64,000 bases of DNA from Gemmatimonadota bacterium (GTDB lineage: Bacteria; Gemmatimonadota; Gemmatimonadetes; Gemmatimonadales; Gemmatimonadaceae): the NCBI GenBank assembly GCA_016194585.1, contig JACQBG010000034.1:50147-114146 (forward strand), read 5' to 3'. Below are positions 17,901 through 25,800 of this stretch, piece by piece; position 1 is the first letter of the stretch, and the number at the start of each line of letters is the position of its first letter. The position numbers and the translations under genes are program-made. The notes beneath the pieces were generated by a model. The model was not told where the DNA came from. It saw nothing but the letters and a program-made list of their open reading frames with translations, and did not search any database.

Positions 17901-20900
17901 TGGATCGTCAAGACCGGCGCCGATGTCGTCACCGTCGACGACGAGCCGTTCACCCCCGTCGCCGCGGGCGTGATGGTCGTGTTCCCCGCGCCCGTCGCGA
18001 GGATGACGACGTTCGCGGCGAGCTGTCCGGCGGGGATGAACGCTGGGTCGGGGGAGACGGCGGCGCGTCCGGCCGTGCCGTAGCCGAACGTCACGTACGT
18101 CCCGCCGGCCGGCGACGGATCGGAGAGCAGCACCTGCGTCGACAACTGGTCGTTGACGTTCAGGTAGTAGTTCGTCGTCGAGAGCTTCACCGTCGCCTGC
18201 ACCGCCAGCACCGCGGTGTCGGGGGTGTAGCCGAGGGCGCTGCCGTCGCTCGCGTAGATGAGAGTCGTGCCGGCGTTGTGTCCGTTGAGCGTCGCGTTCG
18301 CCGACGTGCTGCCGGCCGGGATGACCACGGTCGACGGGGCGGTGAAGAACGCGAACGTGTCCTTCACCGCGAGGTTGATCGTGATCGGACTCAGGCTGGG
18401 CTTGCTGAGGTAGACGGGCACCGACGCGCTTCCTGACCGACCGACCGTCAGCGTGTCGCGGCCGAACGAGATGATCGCCGGCACGGCGCCGCCGACGGTG
18501 ATCGTCGAGGCGTTCGAGGTGATCGTGCCGGTCGCCGAGTCCTTGGCCGTGATGAGCGCCGTGCCGTTCGCGACGCCGGTGACGACGCCGGTGGTCGCGG
18601 TGACCGTCGCGAACGACGTCGCCGACGACGAGAAGGTGAAGGCGCCGCCGGAGATGAAGAAGCCGTTCGCGTCCTTGCCGCGCGCGAGGAGCGCCGTCGA
18701 GCCGGTGGGCGCGATCGTGACGGCCGTCGGCGAGAGGTCGATCGCCGTGAGCACCTGCTTCACGTTGAGCAGCGCGGCGCCGGACACGCCCTGGGCCGAC
18801 GCCGAGATGCTCGTGGAGCCGTTCGCCGCCGCCGTCGCGCGCGCCGTCGTCGTGCCGGTGGAGTCGATCGCCGCCACCGATGCGTTCGACGTCGCGAAGG
18901 TGAAGGTGATGCCGGTCATCACGTTGTTGAGCGTGTCGTACGCGGTCGCCTTGAACGACCGCGACCGCCCGAGCGCCGCGAGCGTGAAGGTGTCGCTCTT
19001 CGTCGTCGCGAAGCCGGCCGAGTCGCGCGACACGAAGATCTTCGTGATCGGGGTGAGGACGTTGAGCGTGGCGATGCCGGTAACCGCGCCGGCCGTGGCC
19101 CGCACCTGCGTGGAGCCGAGCCCGACGCCGGTGGCGACGCCGAGCGTCGTGACGGACGCGACCGCCGACGAGGCCGTGCTCCACGTGAACGACGGTTGCA
19201 CCGCGAGCGCGACGCCGAGCCCGTCTACCGCGCTCGCGGCGAACGCGTACGACGCGCCGAGATAGACGTTGCGCGCGTTGGGCGTGACGTTGATCGTCGC
19301 CAGCCGCTGCTGCACGACGACCTTCGCCGAGTCCTTCGTGCCTCCACTCTCCGTCGCGACCACCCACGTCGTGCCGTTCGTCACGGCGGTGACCGTGCCC
19401 GACGCGTTCACCGTCGCGACGGCGGGGGTGCGACTGACCCAGACGAAGGTGCCCGCGACGTTGTTGCTGCTCGCGTCCTTGGCCTGCGCCGCGAGGCCGA
19501 ACGTGGCGCCGATCGCCGTCAACGTGTCGAGGTGCGGCGTGACCACGGTCGACGCGACGGTCGCGGCGCCGCTGTTCGCCGTCGCCGTGAGCGGCGATCC
19601 GGTGAGCCCCGCGCTCGTGATCGTCAGCGTCTGCGGCGACACGCTCGCGCCGAGCGTCCACGTGGTCTGCGCGTTGCCGGCCGCGTTCGTCGTCGCGCTC
19701 ACCGGGTTGACCGAGCCGCCGCCGGTCGCGACGGCGAAGTTCACCGTCTTGCCGGCGACGCCGTTGCCGAACGCGTCGACCGTCTGCACGACGACGGGGT
19801 TCGGCAGCACCGTGCTGACGGCGGCCGTCTGGAAGTTGCCGGCCGTGATGACGACCGACGTCGCCGCGCCGGCGGTGATCGCGAATGCCGTCGTCGTCGC
19901 GCTCGTGAGGCCGCTCGATGAGGCGACGAGCGTGTAGCCCGTGCCGCTCTTGTTGAGGCTGAGCCCGCTGAAGGTGGCGACGCCGGCCACGGCGTTCACC
20001 GACGCCGTGCCGCTGAGCGTCGACGTGCCGGGGTTCGTCCCGATGGCGAGGCTCACCGGACCGGTGAACGACGTCACGCGCAGGTTCGACGCGTCACGCG
20101 CCTCGACGGTGATCGCCGGCGAGATGCTTACGCCGGCGGCGTACGTCGCGCCGGGCTGCGTCGTGATGACGAGTTGCGTCGGCGTGCTGCTCGCGTTGTT
20201 CGCGGTGGCGGTGGCCGTCTTCGCGAACGCGGCGAGGCGCGGCCCGGAGATCGCGAGCGACTGCGCGCCGGTCGAGGCGCCGAGCGTCCAGGTGGTCTGC
20301 GCGTGCCCGGTGGCATCCGTCGTCGCCGACGCCGGCGCGGCGCTGCCGCCGTTCGCCGCGGCGAAGGTCACGGTCTCGCCCGGCACCGGATTCCCGGCCG
20401 CGTCGGTGACGCGGACGATCACCGGCTGCGCGAGCGCCGCGCCGGTGGCGCCGGTCTGTCCCGAACCGCTCACGATGACGAGGGCGGCCGGCGCGCCGGC
20501 GGTCATGTCGAACGCGGACGAGGTGCCGCTCGTGAGTCCCGGCGCGCTCGCGATGAGCGTGAACCCCTTGCCGGCCGTGCTGATGGCGAGACCGGGGAAG
20601 GTCGCGACGCCGGCGACGGCGGCCACGCTGGTCGCCCCCTTCAGCGAGCCGCCCCCAGACACCGCGAGCGAGATCGTGCCGGTGAAGCTCGTCGCGACGT
20701 TGCCGTGCGAATCCTGCACCGTCACGACGGGCGCCGGCGTGAGCACGGCGTCGATCGAGCCGCCGGTGGGCGACTGCGTGAAGACGAGCGTCGCCGCCGG
20801 ACCGGCCGTGATGTCGAAGGGGTTCGACGTCGCGCTGGTGAGTCCGCCCGCCGCGGCCGTGAGCGTGTAGCCGGTGCCCGGCGCCGAGACGCTGAGCCCG

Positions 20901-22135
20901 GTGAAGGTCGCCACGCCGCCGACGGCGTTCACCGTCGCCGTTCCCCCGAGCGTGGCACTCGCGGTGCCGCCGGCGAGGGCGATCGTCACCGGGCCCGTGA
21001 ACGTCGTCGCGAGGTTCCCGAGGTTGTCCTGCGCCTGCACGACGACGGCGCTCGTGAGTCCGGTCACCGGCTGCGTCGTGAACGCGAGCTTCGCCGGCAC
21101 GGGGAGGGTCGCGGTCGCCGTGAAGGTCGCCGGGGTCGAGACGCCGGCGGCCGTCGCCGTGACGCTCTGCGCCACGGTCGTCGGGCCGAGGCGCCAGGTC
21201 GTCTGCGCGAGGCCGTTGCCGTCGGAGGTCACGACCGTCGTGCCGACGCTGCCGCCGCCGGACGTCACGGCGAAGGTGACGGCGATGCCGCCGAGCGGGA
21301 GGTTGTCGGTGCCGAGCACGCGCGCGACGAGCGGGGCGGGGAGCGTCGAGTTGATGACGGCGCTCTGCCCGCTCCCCGACTGCGCGCTGATCGACTGCGG
21401 GTTGGCCGTGACGGTGACGATCGCCGTGTCGGCCTTGTTGGTGAGGAGCTGCGCGACGATGCGGGCCGTGCCGCGCGCGACGGCCGCGCCGGCGCCCGAG
21501 GTGCTCATCGACGCGACGGCCGGATCGAGGCTGGCCCAGATGATGGGCGTGCCGGCGATGGGATTCCCCGCGCCGTCGACGGCGTTGGCCGTGAAGCTGA
21601 ACGGGTCGCCGATGCCCAGCGAACGCGTCTTGGGTGCCGCGATGCGGACGGCGGTCGCGTTGGCGCCGGGTCCCGTGTAGGCGACGGGGACGTTCACCGG
21701 CGGCGGCTTCGAGCCGCCGACGGTCGCCGGGACGGCCGTGATCGACACGGGGCCGCCGCTGAAGACCACGACGCCGGCCGCGTTGACGTAGGCGAGGTCG
21801 AGCGTCATCGGCTCGCCGCCGACGGGCGCGTTGGCCAGGAGCGGCACCGAGAGCGAGAGGTCGAGCTCGGTGGCGGTCGAGGGGAAGTCGACGAGCGTAT
21901 CGAGCGCGAGCGTGCCGTCGGAGTGGTGCAGGACGACGCGCACCTTGGTGAACGACACGAGTCCGGCGCTGGCCGCCTGCTGGTACACGGTCGGGAACAC
22001 CGTGTTGAACGACACCCCGCGCGCGATCCGGACGACGGAGTCCTTGAGTCCCGTCACCTCACGGCCGCAACTCCACAACGCCGCGACGAGGATCGCGACA
22101 GCGAAGAGAGGAGATCGACGGGGGGGCTTCGTCAC
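14978..22135 (-). CDS. giant (~2385 aa) surface lipoprotein with Ig-like domains and alternating uncharacterised repeats
   Basis: A single ORF 14978..22204 with high GC3 throughout. GTG 22135 gives MTKPPRRSPLFAVAILVAALWSC, which aligns with the paralogue's signal peptide. The protein contains Big_1/Big_2-like modules and is very poor in charged residues. Confidence 0.85.
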   Translation of the reverse strand: MTKPPRRSPLFAVAILVAALWSCGREVTGLKDSVVRIARGVSFNTVFPTVYQQAASAGLVSFTKVRVVLHHSDGTLALDTLVDFPSTATELDLSLSVPLLANAPVGGEPMTLDLAYVNAAGVVVFSGGPVSITAVPATVGGSKPPPVNVPVAYTGPGANATAVRIAAPKTRSLGIGDPFSFTANAVDGAGNPIAGTPIIWASLDPAVASMSTSGAGAAVARGTARIVAQLLTNKADTAIVTVTANPQSISAQSGSGQSAVINSTLPAPLVARVLGTDNLPLGGIAVTFAVTSGGGSVGTTVVTSDGNGLAQTTWRLGPTTVAQSVTATAAGVSTPATFTATATLPVPAKLAFTTQPVTGLTSAVVVQAQDNLGNLATTFTGPVTIALAGGTASATLGGTATVNAVGGVATFTGLSVSAPGTGYTLTAAAGGLTSATSNPFDITAGPAATLVFTQSPTGGSIDAVLTPAPVVTVQDSHGNVATSFTGTISLAVSGGGSLKGATSVAAVAGVATFPGLAISTAGKGFTLIASAPGLTSGTSSAFDMTAGAPAALVIVSGSGQTGATGAALAQPVIVRVTDAAGNPVPGETVTFAAANGGSAAPASATTDATGHAQTTWTLGASTGAQSLAISGPRLAAFAKTATATANNASSTPTQLVITTQPGATYAAGVSISPAITVEARDASNLRVTSFTGPVSLAIGTNPGTSTLSGTASVNAVAGVATFSGLSLNKSGTGYTLVASSSGLTSATTTAFAITAGAATSVVITAGNFQTAAVSTVLPNPVVVQTVDAFGNGVAGKTVNFAVATGGGSVNPVSATTNAAGNAQTTWTLGASVSPQTLTITSAGLTGSPLTATANSGAATVASTVVTPHLDTLTAIGATFGLAAQAKDASSNNVAGTFVWVSRTPAVATVNASGTVTAVTNGTTWVVATESGGTKDSAKVVVQQRLATINVTPNARNVYLGASYAFAASAVDGLGVALAVQPSFTWSTASSAVASVTTLGVATGVGLGSTQVRATAGAVTGIATLNVLTPITKIFVSRDSAGFATTKSDTFTLAALGRSRSFKATAYDTLNNVMTGITFTFATSNASVAAIDSTGTTTARATAAANGSTSISASAQGVSGAALLNVKQVLTAIDLSPTAVTIAPTGSTALLARGKDANGFFISGGAFTFSSSATSFATVTATTGVVTGVANGTALITAKDSATGTITSNASTITVGGAVPAIISFGRDTLTVGRSGSASVPVYLSKPSLSPITINLAVKDTFAFFTAPSTVVIPAGSTSANATLNGHNAGTTLIYASDGSALGYTPDTAVLAVQATVKLSTTNYYLNVNDQLSTQVLLSDPSPAGGTYVTFGYGTAGRAAVSPDPAFIPAGQLAANVVILATGAGNTTITPAATGVNGSSSTVTTSAPVLTIQPSSLRLGAGQFEYNQYAWVPQNIFAPLSVPLTSSDTSKVTVPTPLTIATGYNYAYFNTTGKLPGVATVTASATNWTSGTMSVLVTSPKLGISGGTTLNTTSPAQNVTIYAEDSLSAAHYRTNALAVQLASSDTTVLKVINPSVSIPAGQYYVNSAQVIPGGAGGTAWVKVTASGHAADSTQYTVVGPKLNFSWYSNRTAAGQDDYNLYVYTPNNVTSTLTVSIANADSNIVGLPTSVTIPVGSSYVYFNVRGKAVGTDTFIASAPGYQPDTAFYTVTSPRLSLSGGGTMNNFGPNSGFTVYSADSLRSAHYRHTPLVVTYTSSDPTVFTVTSSADTIQTGLYYANHVQVTPVGVGTAWLKVTASGHAADSVSYTVQTPQLGVNFSRAIIGRRQYAPSGGYVYIPNSRPTPVTVTVAQRHPTVDSLSATTLVIPANTSYLYFDYAGLTVGSDTLAITAPGYLSTSAIVTVTTPKLTTGGLPSTALTTSTPSTVTVYATDSLGSGHYILDTLVVSAVSSNGAVIQPTAPSSRIYRGGYYTQPTVAYTGPGTASMTYADSLGSGYGSVTTNTVTVTGPSLGISNGTTVLGMRQNGGPNSAYVYVANAVTGSPLVVTLTSSDPTVVAVPATVTIPVGYTYAYFQITAQNTIGTIQVTATASGYGGANTTVQVTAPKFVLSANSSVNTTSPRQGITVYAEDANGTAHYVNQNLAVALASSSTAVGTVDSAFVTILAGAYYNNNAKFIPLTAGTTQLSATDTTSASYRYAAGTQTVAVNTPSLSLNWGASEYLGIGQYDDRAAQTPDNQATALTVSFSHFNAASTSPSSVVIAAGQNYGFVRVTGASTGTDTITATALGHNPAKGAVIVGPGRIDQISSWPSTLSLAGTDSVLVTMYARDPNNSSTHYVTAATTFTLTGSANVGFVSGGASSAPITSVTIPADGYYAQFWVKGLTAGTSSVTIANANYVTYSPTITVTP

Positions 22136-22271
22136 GTGTTGCGCGATGTCGCTCGGTGGGACACGGGCGGGTGGGCCACTGAACCCAGCCCTCCGCGGCT
22201 GCACAGTTCCTCGGGCTGATAACGTACGGTCAACTACCTAGGCGCAACAAGGGACTGGAACGCCACAATAA

Positions 22272-22287
22272 TGTGACGCGGGTCACA
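22272..22287 (-). promoter_or_regulatory. perfect CRP-consensus palindrome TGTGA-CGCGGG-TCACA
   Basis: Exact match to the TGTGA-N6-TCACA core. It lies ~137-152 nt upstream of GTG 22135, in the divergent intergenic region shared with the SURF1 gene. Confidence 0.55.
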
Positions 22288-22432
22288 TAAGGTGAACGGC
22301 CCTCACCTTGGCGGCCGGCCCCTCATTCTTCGTGCGCTGATGGGGCGGCCGCCCAAGCGACGCAATACGTTTCAAAGTCGTCGCGGCCGCCGCGACGCAC
22401 GTCACAGTCCCCCTCCGCACCGTCCCCCGCCG

Positions 22433-23149
22433 ATGTCACGACGCCTCGCCGGCCTCCTCATCCCCCTCGCCTGCGCCGCCCTCTTCGTGCGGCTCGGGAT
22501 CTGGCAGCTCGACCGCCTGGCACAGCGCCGCGCCTTCAACGCGACGCTCGTCGCCCGCATGAGCGCGCCTCCCGTCGACGCCGGCTCCATCGGCGGCGAC
22601 ACGGCGAGCAGTCACTACCGCCGCGTCTCGGCGCACGGGTCGTACCTGTTCGATCGCGAGGTGGTGCTGGGCGGCCGTTCGCACGAGGGATCGCCCGGGG
22701 TGTACATCCTCACGCCGCTCAAGCTCGAGGGGCGCGACACGGTGGTGATGGTCAACCGCGGTTGGGCCTACTCCGAGGACGCGGGGACCGTCGACCTCGG
22801 GCGATGGCGCGAGCGCGACACCGCGACGGTGACGGGTTACCTCGAGACCTACCCGGGCACCGACCCGGTGCCGCTCAAGCCGGGCGCGCGCCTCGTGCAC
22901 CGCCTCGACCATGCGCGCGTCGCGTCGCTCGTCGGGCTTCCGGTGTCGCCGATGCTCATCGTGCAGACATCCGACAGCTCCGCGCACGGCGACTCCGTGC
23001 CCGTGCGGCTGCCGACCCCGTCACTCGACGAGGGACCGCACAAGAGCTACGCCATCCAGTGGTTCAGCTTCGCGACGATCGCCGTGCTTGGCGGCATCGC
23101 GCTGTACGTGCGTGGCGGGGCGAAGCGGGAGCCGGGCGCGGCGGCCTAA
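22433..23149 (+). CDS. SURF1 family cytochrome oxidase biogenesis protein
   Basis: Internal ATG 22433. LGIWQLDRLAQRRAFN at the N-terminal TM helix and EGPHKSYAIQWFSFATIAVLG at the C-terminal TM helix are SURF1 hallmarks. Confidence 0.85.
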   Translation: MSRRLAGLLIPLACAALFVRLGIWQLDRLAQRRAFNATLVARMSAPPVDAGSIGGDTASSHYRRVSAHGSYLFDREVVLGGRSHEGSPGVYILTPLKLEGRDTVVMVNRGWAYSEDAGTVDLGRWRERDTATVTGYLETYPGTDPVPLKPGARLVHRLDHARVASLVGLPVSPMLIVQTSDSSAHGDSVPVRLPTPSLDEGPHKSYAIQWFSFATIAVLGGIALYVRGGAKREPGAAA

Positions 23150-24108
23150 GCCACGCGCTCCCGGCGGAACTGCAGCAGCACCACGGCCGCGACGATCATC
23201 GCGCCGCCGGCGATGAGACGAGGCGTCACGGGTTGGTGCAGCACGAGCGCGCCGAGCATCGCGGTGAGGAACGGCTCCACCGTCGACACGATCGCCGTGC
23301 GCACCGGGCCGAGCCGCATCAGCCCCATGAGGAAGAACACGGACGGCATCACGGTGCTGAACAGCGTGAGCGCGACGATCGCGCCCCAGGCGGTGGTGCT
23401 CATCGACGTCGTGAAGCTCCGGTCGCCGACGGCGAGGATGAGGAAACAGAGCGCAGAGCCGATCTTGCCGTAGGCGCTCGTCACCGAGACCTTGTGGTCC
23501 TTCTGCATCCAGCCCATGAGGGGGATGTAGAGGCCGTAGACGATCGCCGCGCCGAGGGCGAGGGCGACCCCGCGCAGCGCGCCGTCGGCGACGCTGAGAC
23601 CGACGGTGACGCTCGTGAGCGTGCCCGACGCGCCGGTCGCCTTGTCGAGCACCGGCGCGATGACGATCACCACGATGCCGCCGAACGAGAGCGCGAGCGC
23701 CAGCACGCGCCGCCACGTGAGCCGCTCGGCGCCGCGCACCGCCTGCACGAGCGTTACCCAGGCGGGGTAGGTGTAGAACAGGAAGGCAAGCGTCGCGGCG
23801 CTGATGTAGCGCAGCGACGAGAGCGCCATCCCCACGAGCAGCGCCTGCCCGCCGCCGCCGAGCACGATGAAGCGGGCGGCTTCGCGCCAGGGCATGCGCG
23901 GGTAGTTGCGCGTGCCGATCCAGCTCACCATCACGATCGCGCCGAGCACGTAGCGCCAGGTGAGCACCGTGTAGAGTGAGACGTGCTCGGCGAGCGCGAG
24001 GCTCGTGAGCGTGCTCACCGCGGCGAAGCCGAGCGCGGCGAGGAGGGTGTACGCGGTGCCGGAGCCGATGAGGGCGGCCTGCGGCTCGGTGCGGCGTGCG
24101 GCGGTCAT
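23146..24108 (-). CDS. EamA/DMT-family transporter
   Basis: 320 aa, ~10 hydrophobic helices in two EamA-like halves. Confidence 0.75.
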   Translation of the reverse strand: MTAARRTEPQAALIGSGTAYTLLAALGFAAVSTLTSLALAEHVSLYTVLTWRYVLGAIVMVSWIGTRNYPRMPWREAARFIVLGGGGQALLVGMALSSLRYISAATLAFLFYTYPAWVTLVQAVRGAERLTWRRVLALALSFGGIVVIVIAPVLDKATGASGTLTSVTVGLSVADGALRGVALALGAAIVYGLYIPLMGWMQKDHKVSVTSAYGKIGSALCFLILAVGDRSFTTSMSTTAWGAIVALTLFSTVMPSVFFLMGLMRLGPVRTAIVSTVEPFLTAMLGALVLHQPVTPRLIAGGAMIVAAVVLLQFRRERVA

Positions 24109-24126
24109 CAGTGCGTGGGGTGGGTG

Positions 24127-25554
24127 TCAGCCCATGTACTTGCCGAGGATCGTGAGCGCCACGGTGAAGTAGATGATGAGTCCGGTGACGTCGACGAGCG
24201 TCGCCACGAAGGGCGCCGACGAGCTGGCGGGGTCGAATCCAAGGCGGCGGAGGACGAAGGGGAGCATCGAGCCGGCGAGGGAGCCGAACATGACGATGCC
24301 GATGAGCGAGAAGAAGGTGTTGAGCGCGACGAGCATGTAGGGCACGCCGTCCTGCCCATAATCATATAGATGGAGCCGCTGCCAGACGATCACGCGGATG
24401 AAGCCGATGACGCCGAGCACGGCGCCGAGCGTCGCCCCGGTGGGGAGTTCGCGCGCGGCGACGCGCCACCAGTCGCGGAGCTGCACTTCCTTGAGCGCCA
24501 TCGCGCGGGTGATGAGCGACGTCGCCTGCGATCCCGAGTTGCCCCCCGAGCTCATGACGAGGGGGATGAAGAGCGTGAGCACGGGGAGCTTCTTGAGCTC
24601 GCCGTCGAAGTACTGCAGCGCCGACGTGGTGAACATCTCGCTCAGCATGAGGATGGAGAGCCAGCCGGCGCGCTTCTTGAGCATGCCGAGGATGCTCATC
24701 TGCATGTAGGGCTCGTCGAGCGCCTCCATGCCGCCGAGTTTCTGGATGTCCTCGGTCTGCTCTTCCTGGATGGCGTCGATGACGTCGTCGACCGTGACGA
24801 CGCCGAGGAGGCGGTTGTCGTCGTCGACGACGGGGACGGCGACGAGGTCGTACTCGGTCGTGACGCGCGCGACCTCCTCGCGGTCGGCGCCCGGGTGCAC
24901 GTGGCGCACCTCGCTCCACGCGACGTCGGCGACCCTGGCGCCTTCGGGCGCGGCGAGGAGTTCGCGGAGCGAGAGCACGCCGGTGAGCGCGCCGTGGTCG
25001 TTCACGGCGTAGACGGTGTTCATCGCCTCGCGGTTGCCGGCGCGCGCCATCTCGCGCACGCGGGTGAGCGCCGCCTCGACGGTGTCGGCGTCGGGGACCG
25101 AGACGAACTGCGTCGTCATCAGTCCGCCGGCGGAGTCGGTGGCGTACTCGAGCAGCCGCTCGGTCTCGACGCGCGTCGCCGCCGGCAGCGCCTCGACGAT
25201 GTCCTCGGCGTGGTCCTCGTCGATCTCGTCGAGGGCGTCGGCGCGATCGTCGGGGGTCATGAGCGCGATGAGCTGCGCGGCCTGCTCGGGGCTCATCGCC
25301 TCGAAGAGCGCGGTGCGGATGTCCTCGTCGAGGTACTCGAGGAGCGACGCGGCGCGCGCGGTGGGGAGCGCGGCGAGGAACTGCGGCACGGAAGCGACCG
25401 GCAACTGCTCGGCGACGTCGGCGAGGTCGGCCGGGTGCAGCTCCTCGGTCTCGGCGACGATCGCGCCCGGATCGGACTCGAGCAGGTCGAGGATGTCGGG
25501 CGCGAGCAGCGCCGCGACGGCGCGCGAGTCGTGATGCTCTGGATGTGGCCGCAT
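24127..25554 (-). CDS. mgtE: magnesium transporter MgtE
   Basis: Internal ATG 25554 preceded by GGGAGG. Contains an MgtE N-domain, a CBS pair (VVDDDNRLLGVVTVDDVID) and a C-terminal TM domain (PLVMSSGGNSGSQ). Confidence 0.9.
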   Translation of the reverse strand: MRPHPEHHDSRAVAALLAPDILDLLESDPGAIVAETEELHPADLADVAEQLPVASVPQFLAALPTARAASLLEYLDEDIRTALFEAMSPEQAAQLIALMTPDDRADALDEIDEDHAEDIVEALPAATRVETERLLEYATDSAGGLMTTQFVSVPDADTVEAALTRVREMARAGNREAMNTVYAVNDHGALTGVLSLRELLAAPEGARVADVAWSEVRHVHPGADREEVARVTTEYDLVAVPVVDDDNRLLGVVTVDDVIDAIQEEQTEDIQKLGGMEALDEPYMQMSILGMLKKRAGWLSILMLSEMFTTSALQYFDGELKKLPVLTLFIPLVMSSGGNSGSQATSLITRAMALKEVQLRDWWRVAARELPTGATLGAVLGVIGFIRVIVWQRLHLYDYGQDGVPYMLVALNTFFSLIGIVMFGSLAGSMLPFVLRRLGFDPASSSAPFVATLVDVTGLIIYFTVALTILGKYMG

Positions 25555-25800
25555 GCGGACGCCTCCCGGATGGCGCGGTCGCCTGCGCCACCGCCCGTGC
25601 GGTCGCGGTGCGCCGTCGCGCCCCGAAGGTAACCGGCGGGCGCGGAGGCGAACACCCCTCGGCGCGAGAGGCCGAGAAGCCGCGTACAACCCTTTTGGCG
25701 GATCGAGTGTCGAATCTTCCGGTCAGCAGGTTCCGTACTCGACGATGTGCCGACGCATCCGCGCCTCCGCGGATGTCACGCGCCACCCCCGCGCCAAGAC

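Noticed and set aside
11374-22219. Long antisense or out-of-frame ORFs across the giant lipoprotein genes (for example 11374..12918 +, 14579..16510 +, 16961..18436 +, 16995..19661 -, 20174..22219 +), and the idea that the internal DNA repeats might be a CRISPR or other non-coding array
   Set aside because: One uninterrupted minus-strand frame with Ig-like repeats and high GC3 explains the whole region. The repeats are ~270-300 nt degenerate coding modules, not short identical repeats with spacers.
23146-23149. Overlapping stop codons (CTAA) of the convergent SURF1 and EamA genes
   Set aside because: This is a trivial 4-nt tail-to-tail overlap, common in compact genomes, with no functional implication I can support.
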